Assembly: GCA_964016885.1 (NCBI GenBank)
Contig: OZ024741.1
Location: 79,112,001 to 79,176,000 of the forward strand
DNA: 64,000 nucleotides
DNA from: Eledone cirrhosa
Lineage: Eukaryota
Direction: 5' to 3'
A program made the translations under genes and the position numbers. The notes under the pieces are model-generated. The model was not told the origin of the DNA, did not search any database, and saw only the letters and a list, made by a program, of their open reading frames with translations. Below, piece after piece: positions 12,790 through 25,674 of the stretch (within the stretch, counting starts at the first letter, position 1; each line of letters begins with the position of its first letter).

Positions 12790-15700
12790 TTTGAGTCTCA
12801 GTCATTGATGTTATTCAACTGGAAAGTTTGTTGAAATGAATATCAAGCCGCTACCTGCAGCCTCAGATATTCAGGACGTATCGGAGGGTTCTTGCTGTTC
12901 CCAGTAAGCATGCCTTTTGAAATATTCTACAAAGCGGGGCTGGACTAATCTTCTTTAACCATCCTTGGAAACTCTTTGAGATAGTAGCTAGTGCGCCTAT
13001 GACAATCGGGACAACCTTGATTTCATGGCAGTTCCAAATCCTTTTAACTCCCACTTTAAGCCCTGGTATCGATTAATTTTCTCCCTCTCCTTTTCTTGCA
13101 CTCTCGTGTCAAATGAGCAGGCTACATCTACAATCAGGCACGATCTTTTTTCCTTGTCCAAAACAACCAGGTCAGGCCTATTGTGTTCTAATCTCTTGTC
13201 CGTCTGTATCCTAAAATCCCATAGCACCTTCACCTGATCGTTTTCTATCAACGACTCAGCCTTATGCTCATACCACTTCTCAGAATGTGGTAAATTGTTT
13301 ACTTTGCATAGATGACAGTGGATCACCCTGCCTATCACATCATGTCTCCAGCCTCTATAGTGAGTCTGGGCTATGTGTTTACACTCGGATACAATGTGAG
13401 CCACAGTCTCTTCTCTCTCTCCACAGATCCTGCACAGTGGGCTAGCCTCCTCCTTGTAAATATGGTGTTGCACCCACTTCGTACTGAGGGCCTGCTCTTG
13501 CGCAGCCATTAGCATTCCTTCTGTAGCTTTTTAAAAATCTCCTCTTTTAAACCAGTTCCATGTCTGTGGATCTCTAAATTCAGTTTTCCTAAAGATGGTA
13601 CTATGAAGGGATTTTTCATGAAGGTTGCTTTTCCTCCTTGTTATTTCCTCCTTGAACATCCCCTGATCTATTGTCTTCTCCTTCACTACAATTTTGAGCA
13701 TTGGCTCCCTACTGTCAGTCACGTATTTGTGCAGGTTTTGTTTTCTCCATCTGAACACTGTCCTCTATGCTGATAAGACCTCTTCCACCTTCAGATCTCT
13801 TTAAGTAGAGCCTATCGACATCACTCCTCTTGTGGAACATGTTGTAGATAGTCAATAGCTTCCTAGTCTTCCTATCCATTTCTTTTTATTCAGCAACATT
13901 CCATTTCAGAATTCCCGCACTGTACCAAATAATAGACACAGCTCGGGAATTCACTGCACTTATGACATTCCTACTATTTCGATGGGATTTTAATACACTC
14001 CTTACTCTCCTAATGTACTCAGATCTTATCAATTCCTTCATTTTTTTGTTCTTGATGTCATCTGCCTCCAGAACACCTAAATATTTGTATCCTTCTTCAG
14101 TGTCAATTTCCTTTATCATCTCACCTGTTGGTACCTGGATTCTGTTGCTTCTGCCGAATTTACCCCTCTTCATTACTAGGACTCCACACTTATTAACCCC
14201 AAATTCCATACATATATCATTGGTGAAAATACGGACAGTGTCAACAACTCCTTCTCACTCTTCCCAAAGAGTTTAAGATCGTCCATGAAGAGGAGGTGGT
14301 TGATGGTAAGCTCTCCTTTCCCCAACTTGTATCCTGCTCTCACTTTTCGCAATATAACGGTCAGAGGTATCAGGGCAAGGACAACCAGCAGAGGGGACAA
14401 ACTATCTCCCTGGAAGATACCTCTCTTGATCTTCACGCCTCCCATGGATTCTCCACCCGAAATTAACTCTGTTTCCCAGGACTTCATACTTTTGCTCAAC
14501 AACTGTTTGATGTTATCTGCCACCTTGACTATCTCTAGGCTTTTGGTTATCCAAGAATGAGGTACCAGGTCGAATGTGTTTTTGTAATCTATCCATCCCA
14601 TGGCAAGACCAGTGTGTCTCCTCTTGCAATTCCTCATTACCATCTTATAAATAAGTAACTGCTCTTTTGTACCACGGGACTTCTTTCGGCATCCTTTCTG
14701 TTCGTCCGGTAACAAGTTGTTTATGTGGAGGTGATGGTAGATTTCCTCAGACACAATGCTTGTTAACAGTTTCCACATTACGGACAGACATGTGATAGGC
14801 CTATAGGTGGTAACATCATTACCCCTTTCATTACCAGTACTGTGGTACCTTTTGTCAACGACTCTGGTACCTCACCCGACATCAAATAGTCGTTGAACAT
14901 GGTTGACAGTTTCGGGTGGAGGGATATTATATTTTTAATCCAATACCCCTGCACACCATCTGGGCCTGGTGATTTCCAGTTGGTTAGTTTTTTGGCCTGC
15001 CCTTTAAGAGTTTCAACTGTGATACTCAAATCAGGTTGTTGGTGTGCTTGTTCACTAAACTCCTTTTGAACTGTCTCAATCCACACTGCCTGACTATTAT
15101 GTTCAATATCCTGCTCCCATATTCCTCTCCAGAATGTCTTAGTTTGTTCCGCCTCAGGGATCAAGTCGTTGCCTCTTTCTTTCCCTTCAAGCTGTCCAAA
15201 CAGCATCTTCTGTTTGTTGTCAAACATGCGTTTTTGTCTATACTGACTGACTCTGTTCTCATACCGCCTAATCTTTGCACTTTTTGCTACATTGCGTTGC
15301 TTCTATGATAATATTTAATTTTTTCACCCTAGTTTTGTACTTTATTTCTAATCTATCTTTTGTGTCTATGTTTTGTAATGTCCCATTCAGTAAGGATTCA
15401 AGCTTTCCAATGTCTTTTCTCATTTCCTTGATTTGACGATTCAGTCGTTTCTTCCACCAAGGTTCTGATTTTTCTTGTTTGTTGTTTTGCTCTTGTTTTT
15501 ATGCCAAGTAATTTCCTCACCGTATTTGTTGTTGCTTTGAGGATATTGTTACATTGGTGAAGGTTCCTCGCCTCAAGGTATGGGTTGACTTTGTTTACCT
15601 TAGCTGTTGTTTCTTTTAACTTTTTCCTGTCTACAAATCTTAGGTTCATAGGTTTCACACTATCATTGTTCATTTCATCTACCACTAAGTTCTGGATATC

Positions 15701-17607
15701 AACCAAATCTTGTCCTAGCCCGTCAGCATTCATTTCCTCAATGGCCGTATCTTTGTTCCAGATGTTATTTATTTCAGCATTCAGATCATTGTCTGCTTCG
15801 GATGCTTCCTCGGGTCTCTCAACCTCTTCACCTTCATTTCCCACTGGCTCGTTTGCCTGACATACTCCACTCTCCATTTCCAACTTAATCTCTCTGCTCA
15901 GTTCCTCCAGTTCCAACTCGCTTATCCATCCATTAGTTCTTATTACCCGAGCCTGCCCGGCCAGTTTTTGTTCATCTAATTTAAATAGATCAATCTCGTT
16001 CCAGATGTTATACATCCGTTTCCTATAGCCTTTTTCCATGGGGTTACTCTTCAGGTAATATTTCATGACAGTTCTATTCAATTCCTTCGTCAAGTTGCTT
16101 CTTGTTCCTTTCCTTCTTCTTCTTCCTCCAGCACCAGCAGTATTTGGATGACAGCCAGTTCCCTGCTGCTGGGCCAGGGAGCACTTGCTGGGTGAGAGTC
16201 TTTCACAGTCTCCTTTTCACCGTTATTCGAACTGTTTAGGTTCGACATTAAACACTCATATCGAGGATTGGTGAATGTATGGTTGCATAACCACCCATAA
16301 TTTCATCACCCCCAGTGATTTCATCCCCCACCCCCGGTGATTTTAGCGTGGCACCATCACGCTGAAGACGAACATAATTAAATAAACAAATAAATAGATA
16401 AAAACCTTAAAAAATGAACATAAGTTTCATTGTAATGTTTGAATGTGTGACTTATATTTTTTGTTTTTTTTCCTTTTTGCTTTTCAAGGCCAGTAACATC
16501 GGTTACTAGTGTTGTTGTTGCTGCTGCTGCTGTTTTTGATTTTAGCTACAAGGGAAGTAGGGGTTGTTGCGTTCAAAACTTTTGAAATTTGTTTTTCATT
16601 TGCTGTTGCAGTTGTTTTTGTCTGTGTTCTGTTCTGTAATTTTTCGACTTGTTGCTTATTATTATTATTCAAATCCCGCCATGGTTAACTTTACCTTTCA
16701 TCCTTACTGGGTCGATAAAATAAAGTACCAGTAATACACTGAGTAATTGCTGGCCTTGTGCCAAAAGTAGAAACAATTATTATTATAGGGCGGTGGATTG
16801 GCAGTACCGGTAGAGCGGTAGAGGGTCGGACGCCATGCTTTGCAGCAAAGAGTTACGGCCCTTTATGGTCTGAGTTCAAATCCCGCCGAGGTTAACTTTG
16901 CCTTTCATCCTTACGGGGTCGAAAAAATAAAGTACCAGTAATACACTGATATAATTGCTGGCCTTGTGCCAAAAGTAGAAACAATTATTATTATTATTTG
17001 TCATCGTTTAAACTAAACATTTTTTTAAACTAAACATTTTGAGAGAGTTTAGAGATACAACAATAATTATTATGGTGTTGTTGTTAGCTGTTTGACCGGG
17101 ACACTAAATCAGTCTATTTATATCTTTTGGTGTCTTCCTCCTTTCTAGTCATGTGTAGTGGCATTACTACCTTCCCTCTCTTAACAGGAGGTAGTGAAGG
17201 AATAGTGGTGGTAGCGATGATGCAGTGGTGACGGTGGTGATGGGATAGTAGTACTGTAATGATGGTGTTGTTGCTACTGTTGGTTTGTATCTAGCTTAAA
17301 TTTTTGTGGTAGTGGTGGTGGTGTTGGTGGTGAAATTATTTGGCTGTTGTTTTCTTCCATGTGTGACCATTTGTAACCATTTTCTTTTTTGACTATAAAA
17401 TTTCTGATACAAAATTAAATATTAAATATTGGAGCCCTATGCCATAGTGTTATGCGTTGTCACTTCCTGAGAGTTAAGACTGGTGTCTTATGTCCCATTT
17501 GTAATAAGAACTATTCTATCACAATTGTTTTAAATATGTAAAAAATCAAAAACTTACGGAAGCGATTCCATAACACTCTATCCACCATATGCGTATCTTC
17601 CCTTATT
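12789..17607 (-). mobile_element. R4/Dong-type family B copy 2, apparently full length and decayed, with a long 5' leader
   Basis: N-terminal TKELNRTVMKYY..GYRKRMYNIW..EQKLAGQARVIRTNGW (15398-16093), then RT and RLE fragments down to 12863. Leader about 16250-17607. Confidence 0.8.
16668..16998 (+). mobile_element. Two tandem tRNA-derived SINE copies (one 5'-truncated) inserted in the R4-B leader
   Basis: A-box-like tggcagtaccggtag, B-box gagttcaaatccc, core gcctttcatccttacggggtcgataaaataaagtacc, tail ggccttgtgccaaaagtagaaacaattatt. Confidence 0.85.
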
Positions 17608-17616
17608 CACTATTAT

Positions 17617-17860
17617 TTGGCCTTGTGCCAAAAGTAGAAACAATTATTAATACCGCCGAGTACGGTGGATTGGCAGTATCGGTAGAGAGTCGGAGACCAT
17701 GCTTTGAAGCATAGAGTTACGTCCCTTTACGGTCTGAGTTCAAATTCCGCCGAGGTTAACTTTGCCTTTCCTCCTTACGGGGTCGATAAAATAAAGTACC
17801 AGTAATACACTGGGTATTTGCTGGCCTTGTGCCAAAAGTAGAAACAATTATTATTATTTT
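17617..17860 (+). mobile_element. SINE tail fragment plus a full SINE copy of the same family
   Basis: Same head, core and tail as 16788-16998. Confidence 0.85.
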
Positions 17861-17869
17861 TATTTCATT

Positions 17870-18392
17870 ATTGTTTCTGAGATATATGCCGAGTGTCTTC
17901 CTGACACCTAGAGCAAATAAATTCACAGTGTGCATTGGTAAGCCAGTTAATACAGCACATTGATTATAATAATAATAAAAAAAACAGTATGCATATATAC
18001 ACATGTGCATATGCATATGTAAATACAAGGAGGGATATCAATCTTACAGAGATAGTACTCTTCTCAATACGTGTGCAGTACCAGTCAAAACAATGTTTTG
18101 CATCTCGTGCAGAGAGGAATCATTCGCAAATATTGTTCTGTTCCTTTCTTGATCATTCCCAGTCCTCCCACAATCACTGGTATTGTAACGGCTTTGAAGT
18201 GCCTCATTTTCTCAATTTCAATAAGCAGATCTTTATATTTTCATAGCTTGTCAAATTCTTTTGCCGCGATATTGTGATCACATGGGATGCTCATATCTAT
18301 CAATAAACAGACTTTGTTATGTTCATCTTTTACAATGATGTCTGGTCTATTTGCTTTTACGGTTCTGTCAGTATGTACAGGAAAGTCCAAGA
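17870..18392 (-). mobile_element. 3' fragment of a third R4/Dong-type family (C), endonuclease domain only
   Basis: Minus strand reads DFPVHTDRTVKANRPDIIVKD..CLLIDMSIP..KYKDLLIEIEKM..TIPVIV, ending TGTAHVLRRVLSL*. The left boundary is approximate. Confidence 0.75.
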
Positions 18393-18415
18393 GTATTATC
18401 ATTATTATTATTATT

Positions 18416-20818
18416 ACAGTTGCATTTATCTAGCTTTATGTTCATACGAGTTATCACCAAGTCACAACCAGTGACCTCAAGAGACAGCAAGGTTCGCCAT
18501 GTTCAAGAAAGAACATACACACAAACACATGCATCTTTAGGTGTTTAGACTTGTGATGTACTTATATTGACAGAATCTTCCTGAGTATATGGGCAGTTCC
18601 CATTAGTACTATCTTTTGTATTTCTCCTATAAGCGGGTTTCCTGGGATTTGAGATAAGTAATCATTAGACCCCTTAGGTATCATTCCTAGAGTGCCTACA
18701 ACCACTGGTATTGTTTTAGTTCTCAATTTCCACATTTTTCCAATTTCTATCTCTAGGTCCTTATATTTGCTCAATTTTTCAAATGTTTTTATAGATACAT
18801 TCTTGTCTATTGGAACGGACATATCAATTAGCAGACATACCCTCTTTTTAAAGTCATTCAGTATTATATCAGGTCTATTTGCATCTATTTTTCGGTCTGT
18901 TTGGATGCTAAAGTTCCACAAGATTGAGATGTGATCTTTTTCAAGTATGGGAGGTGGTTGATGCTCCCACCAATTCTTTTGATGGGGCAGGTCAAAATGC
19001 TTACACATTATCAAATGTATGTATTGTGCAGCTCTGTCATGCCTGTTTAGGTATTTGGTTGGAGCTATAGGACTGCACATTGAAATTATATGATCAATGG
19101 TCTCTGGTTGTTTTTTACATACACGGCATAATGGGTTGCATTCATTTTTTATTATATTGGCTTGGTAATTTTTTGTTGGCAGACACTGATCTTGTGCTGA
19201 TATAATCAGTCCTTCAGTCTCCGATTTCAGTCCTGAGGAGGCTAACCACTGATGGGTTAAAGTTTTGTCAACATCAGGATTGTTAGCTCTTTCTGGGTAT
19301 TTTCCATACAGAGGCTTTTCTTGCCATTTCTTAGCCTGTTTCTGTAGCAATTCTTTCTTTGCAGTTACTTTTACCTGCTTTGCTTTCTCTGTGTATTCCA
19401 TTTCAGCAGTAAATGGGACTTCTGAAATTTGTAGTCCATTACTGTATCTTTGTGCATCTTTTGTAATGGAGTATGATCTTTTGATGCTTTCGTTTTTCAA
19501 AACGAGTTTGATCATTCCATCATGTGATTCTCTTAGATATGTAGATAATCCAATTGTTGCAGTTTTCAACGCAATATCTAACTGGATTAACCCACGTCAT
19601 CCTTCTTTCCTAGGGACATATATTCTATCTGTATCTGCCTTAGGGTGATGCATTCTGTGCATGGTTAAGAATTTTCTAATTTTTGTATCGAGCCTACAGA
19701 TCTCTGTGCTTGACCAGTTGATGACATTGTAACTGTAGGTTACTACTGATATGGCAAGCGTGTTTATGGCATCGATCCTATTCCTTGCATTCAATTCCGT
19801 TCTTAAGATTGCTCTTACTCTGCGGTAACATTCCTTCCTTATCCTTTCCCTCATTGTCGAGTGCTTGATTCTGTCTCCTTCACAAACACCTAGATATTTG
19901 TAAGTTTCCTCTTAATCAAGTTCTCTTATCACATTCCCCCGATCAAGATTAATGTCTGAACTTTTCAGCAGCTTTCCTCTGGTGAACGTTGCTTTGGCGC
20001 ATTTATCTAGTCCAAACTCCATTTTAATGTCATCACTGAATTGCTCCACAGTGGATAATAGCTCTTGCAATTGTTCATCATTTTTTGCAAATAATTTCAG
20101 GTCATCCATGTAGAACAAGTGATTAATGGTTTTGTCATAGACTTTATATCCATGTTTTGTTTCATTGAGCATTTTACTTAATGGTATAAGTGCGATGCAG
20201 AATAAAGGCGGTGACAAAGAGTCACCCTAAAAAATTCCACAATTAATATTAACTTCTCCAGCTTCCAGTGATTTTTTTTTCACTATTCAAAAGGAGTGTC
20301 GTTTTCCATGTCTTCATACTGAATGACAGGAACCTCCTGACAACGGGGGATATTTTGAAAATCTCTAAACTTTTTTCAATCCAACTGTGTGGCAAACTAT
20401 CGAATGCTTTTTTATAATTTATCCAAGCAATTGATAGATTTTTGTGTCTATTATGACAATCTTCCAGTATCATTTTGTTAACCAAAAGCTGATCCTTACA
20501 ACCATATGAACCTCGTTTACACCCTTTCTGCTCATTGGGAAATAGGTCATTTGTTATCAGGTGGTCATATGTATATTCAGTTAGGACTGATGTTAAAATG
20601 TTATACATTGTGGTCAAGCAAGTTATCGGTCTGTAATTTTTGGGATTGTTTGTCTCATCATTCTTCGGAAGCAGGAATGTAATGCCGTTAACTAGCCATG
20701 ATGGTATCTTTTCTGGCTCCTTAACTAGTTCATTGTAAAGTTGGGCTAACAGCCCACGAGACTCTGTGAAGGCATTTATCCAAAAATTTTATAATTTGTC
20801 TTTTCCTGGGGATTTCAA
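18416..20818 (-). mobile_element. R4/Dong-type family A copy 2, 5'-truncated and decayed
   Basis: Near-identical to 1573-3915; flanked by (TAT)n. Confidence 0.92.
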
Positions 20819-20851
20819 TTTATTATTATTATTATAATTATTATAATTATT

Positions 20852-20882
<31 letters not shown>

Positions 20883-21362
20883 GGAACCAGTAAGACCCCG
20901 ACAGCTGAGCTCAAGCCGTTTCGACGGCTAATTCTGGACTAAATGAAAATTTATCCTGGTATTTAAATAGCCGATCTTCTCAAGGGGTAATTCCATATAT
21001 GGTCAAAGTGATTGTCAAAAATCAGTAGTAATTCTGTGGTTGCAAATTAGTAGGGGAGATGGTGGCTAAACCTGCCAGTAGGAGAAAGAGGGGAGGGGGT
21101 GGAGTAGACCCAATCAAGCGTTGGTAGTGCCAGCTACAGCTGGGCATGAGGTCAAAGAAGATACAGGGGAGGGGGAGGGGGAGGAAGTCGGAACGGTAGG
21201 TAGAACAATGGGGGGGGGGGGGGGGTAGAAATAGGAAAGAAAAAATACTGAGAGTGAAGAAAAGCAAATAAGTGTAAAGAAAAAAGTAAGGTAAATTAAA
21301 TTCTACGACCTAGGTGTCAGGCTATTGTTAGGTCCACCTGGTTCCTTACCACATTTCCTTCG

Positions 21363-21363
<1 letters not shown>
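20883..21363. mobile_element. Penelope-like pseudo-LTR fragment with an inversion and a degenerate minus-strand hammerhead
   Basis: Between (TA)n runs; shares termini with 51817-52020. Minus strand reads ACCCC-TTGAGAAGA-TCGGCTA..TAGCCGTC-GAAA-CGGC..GCTG-TC-GGGGT. Confidence 0.55.
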
Positions 21364-21411
<48 letters not shown>

Positions 21412-21721
21412 ATAGTGATGATATTAACACAGCGTGGTTGAGAATAAAGGCGGATACGGACACATACACAATATGTGTCGCTTTGATCACATCATAGCCA
21501 GCTAAGCTGTTTATTTCAGAATTAATTAATTCTTCCTCAATGAGATACTGAGGTAAAAGAAGCATAAAGATTGTTATATAGACGAAGAGGAAGAAATAAA
21601 AAAATTATATGAAAAGGGACATAAATAGAGAGTAGTAGTGTCGGAAAATAGACGGAACTGGGAATAAAAGGAAAACGAGTTGCTTTTAAAAAATTAGGAC
21701 AAGAGAGGTGATTCTGAACCA

Positions 21722-21722
<1 letters not shown>

Positions 21723-21808
<86 letters not shown>
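21723..21808. repeat. (GT)n microsatellite
   Basis: Direct reading. Confidence 0.95.
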
Positions 21809-21814
<6 letters not shown>

Positions 21815-22397
21815 AATTGAACTAGTAATCAAATATACTTCGATGCGTGATGTGTAATTATGGGGAGTCAATAACACACCAACAGAGTATAGCTATCATA
21901 AAGGCATATATATTTATAAGAGACACCTATGAAAACATAGACCATATGTTTAAGTATAATAAACATACACATGTCTCGCTGAGAGTGTCTTAAACAGTGA
22001 TCATGACACAATTGTCTTAATAGCTGTCTAAAAACGCCAAATATTTATATATGCCAGGATTTATCAATCCACTATCAGTGATGTTTAGTCACTCGGTCAT
22101 TGAGGGAGCTGTGACATTTTGATCAAGTGCACCAGTGGAGCAGATCGATGATGGTGTCACGTCTATCATATCAATGAAGATCTCGAGCTAATTATCTGTG
22201 AAACATATGTAGTGGTCGTTAAACTTCGTTATATCAAAGTTCATCTATGCACTTTGCTTTAGCATTGGTTGGTGCACACATTGGTGCTGACATTGGTTGG
22301 ACTTCCAGAAATCAACAAAATTACTGAATAACCTATATATATACACACACACAGACACACAGACACACATACAGACACACACACAGACACAGACACA

Positions 22398-22508
<111 letters not shown>

Positions 22509-22547
22509 GTGAGGTTTTTTTTACAAAATGAAAAATAACCGAGGTGT

Positions 22548-22585
<38 letters not shown>

Positions 22586-22593
<8 letters not shown>

Positions 22594-23345
22594 TAAAATA
22601 ACAGATTAAAGTTTAAGCAAAGAATCGCTGCTTTCACCCTTAACGGGATCTTCTGAAACTAACAAAGTCAATCTGTAAACGCAGAACTGGATATTTCAAA
22701 AAACGTTGCAACCGGAGGAAGACAGGAAGACGATACTTTGGTTCGTGGTAACGTTCGCTGGCAAAGAACGGGAAAAAACGAATAATACGTCATTAATAGG
22801 AGCGGTGAAAAACAATTACGCGCAAAGACAAAACCACGTTTATGGTATAAAAGAGGTCGTAGACTAATGTTCTCTAGGTGGTGCATAGAGACGTTCTCTG
22901 GCAATGAACGAAAAAACGAAGATAATAAGTCATATGTGGAGCGTAGAGAACAATAGCATTGCCAGAGAACGTCTCTATGCACCACCTAGAGAACATTAGT
23001 CTACGACCTCTTTTATACCATAAACGTGGTTTTGTCTTTGCGCGTAATTGTTTTTCACCGCTCCTATTAATGACGTATTATTCGTTTTTTCCCGTTCTTT
23101 GCCAGCGAACGTTACCACGAACCAAAGTATCGTCTTCCTGTCTTCCTCCGGTTGCAACGTTTTTTGAAATATCCAGTTCTGCGTTTACAGATTGACTTTG
23201 TTAGTTTCAGAAGATCCCGTTAAGGGTGAAAGCAGCGATTCTTTGCTTAAACTTTAATCTGTTATTTTAATAAATATTTGCTCTACGGTTCTTATATATT
23301 TTATATATATTTTCTTTATCGAGCCCTCTTTGGATTTTAGTCTTC
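22586..23345. mobile_element. Fold-back Penelope-like module: inverted arms of about 320 bp (22586-22906, 22957-23277) with a 50-bp spacer
   Basis: The arms give identical translated ORFs on opposite strands; each arm has a hammerhead-like motif; (TA)n flanks. Confidence 0.75.
23203..23253 (+). ncRNA. Type I hammerhead ribozyme motif, U4A core variant; mirror copy on the minus strand at about 22610-22660
   Basis: AGTTT-CAGAAGA-TCCC gttaa GGGT-GAAA-GCA..TGC-TT-AAACT. Confidence 0.65.
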
Positions 23346-23359
23346 AATTTTATTATTAT

Positions 23360-23417
<58 letters not shown>

Positions 23418-24375
23418 GTGGGAAAGTAAGAAATCGGAGAATATATATATATATATATATATGTTTTTTATATATATTTTCCCCAGCTGCGTTTGTCTGT
23501 TTCTCTCTTACTGCTTCCCCCCTCTCTCTGTTTCTCTCACCTTCTTTCGCCCCCTCTGTCAGTTACACTTTCTCTCGACTGGCCTCTTCCTCGCACTTCC
23601 ACTCACTCACTCTCTGCTTCTCCCCTTCTCACTTCCTCCCGTTTGGCCTGAAGTGGGGTCCTTTCTTGCTCACACCTCACTCGCGTCGGACGGTCTGCTG
23701 TCTCTCGTTCATGAAATCAACACAGCTTATGCTGATCGGACTCCCATGTGCTTGTTTTTTCCTATCTTTGCGTTGCTATCCTTCTATGTTTGTTTACTTG
23801 TCTCGTTCGCTTTACGCGATTTACTTGTCCCAATAGCTTTATTTAGCTATTGCTCGCACCAACTGGAGGTATATGATTTTTAAAGCGATGAAATACCAAT
23901 GAAGGTTGGAAAATCACTGATGAAGGACTATTTTTATCATATGTAACCCATGTGCAACCATGCAGTATTCATTCTTCTCATGTTTTATATATATATATAT
24001 ATATATATTCACACACACACACATACACACACACACACATATATATATATGTTTATATATGCACGTGTGTGTTTTGACCACACGATTCTCCATTTTTGTA
24101 TTTAAGATTTAACTGTACCCAATAAGCCCGCCTTTCATTTCTCTTACTATGTTCTCCTTTTTCTTTGTCTTTGCCTCTACCTTCACCATGCAATTCCCTC
24201 GTTTCCTCTTCTTCCTCTACACCTCCTCTTTTACCTCTAGCCCTACCTCCCACCTATCAAACACCGCAGACCTTTTCTCATATGCGTGACAATATAACCA
24301 GCACACACACATTATATATGTATATATATATATATATATATAACACGAAAGTGATTGCTTTTGTGGAATTTTCCA

Positions 24376-24383
24376 TGACGTCA
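24376..24383. promoter_or_regulatory. CRE palindrome TGACGTCA
   Basis: Exact consensus in a unique-looking region near a CTCF-like motif. Confidence 0.3.
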
Positions 24384-24460
24384 GCACACCAAAGCTATTT
24401 CCGTTGCCATCAATAAATAGTAAGACTTGGTCTCTTTAGAAAAATGATTGAACATTTTAT

Positions 24461-24474
24461 CCACTAGATGGCGC
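24461..24474 (+). promoter_or_regulatory. CTCF-type motif CCACTAGATGGCGC
   Basis: Matches the bilaterian CTCF core consensus CCACYAGRKGGCGC. Confidence 0.45.
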
Positions 24475-25605
24475 AGAGAGCTGTATAATCTATTAAGTGC
24501 AAATCTCTGTGTATTGTGAGCATTTTTCACCGCCAGCAATGATTATGAGTTTGCCAATGTTAGAAGGGAATTAAGTGGTTTTTGGTAGCAGCAGCGATGG
24601 TGGTGTTGGTGGTGGAATGTTGTTGGTAGGTGGGGAGAGAAGAGAGGGAAGGGATGGATGGTTAAAGAACATAAATAGAAACTGAAGTATAGCAATAGGA
24701 CTGAAGAAGGTAAGACAAAACGGGTGGAGACGTGATGAACTAATGCATTCACAATCGTGACCTAGCTTCCTCAATCGTTCACTGAACCAACGTTCATATT
24801 TGTTATTGATTTCTTGCCCCCACACTCTCATTCCATCTCTCTCACTCATTCTCTTGTTCTTTCGTTGATTTCATTATTTCGTTGTTTCTTTTCTTTTCTT
24901 TCTGAGATTCCAGAAGAAACGAAGAAAGAACAGAAAAGAGGAAACAAGAGTAGTAAATGTTCTAAGATCTAGTTAGAATTTATGGAACTCATTTATTCAT
25001 TTGTACACAATACTTACAACTACGGGGGTAAAAGATTCCGATGGCGGCACTTGATTTGGTGTTGGTGTTAGTGTTGGTATTCATCTCCTGTGCCGATGGT
25101 GGTGTCGATGAACCATTTCTAATGAATTGTATATTAGGTCGTTCAGAAAATTATAAGCTTTTTACATCATCTCATTCCAGCCCCACTCTGGCAGCCATTT
25201 TACCATTGTCTTCTTTTTCTTTCTCCTCACTACCACGCCGCTCTCTCTGGAACTGTACTCGCCGTTCATATACCCTTTTCCTTCTCTCCACTAGCTTTCT
25301 TGCATTCACATTCTGATTATTCCAGAAGCTTTGCTTCTTTGTATCCAGTCTTCATTTTCCTTTGATTTCTTCTAGCTTCAATCGTATGTATTGTTTACAT
25401 TTTCCTTCCTATCTTTCTTTCTTTCTTTTTTTCTTTCGTTCTTTCTTTCTTTGAAACATCGATGAAATAAAGTAAATGAACGTTAATGTAAGGCTTGTAA
25501 TGTATCGTTTGTTGAATCGATTTGCCTGCCTTAAATCTCTGAAGCAAGGCAATAATGAGTAGCTTGCAGTTGTTATTAAGTGTGAGAAACAAAGCCTCTC
25601 TTAAT

Positions 25606-25638
25606 GAAGATGATAATGATGATGATGATGATGATATC

Positions 25639-25674
<36 letters not shown>
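25606..25674. repeat. (GAT)n microsatellite
   Basis: Direct reading. Confidence 0.9.

Noticed and set aside
17050-17385. Upstream Pro/Thr-rich ORF in the R4-B leader (MVTNGHTWKKTTAKIISPP..)
   Set aside because: Interrupted by stops in both copies and low complexity, so coding potential cannot be supported without a consensus.
23910-23950. CTGATGA as a hammerhead core
   Set aside because: No stem II or GAAA follows.
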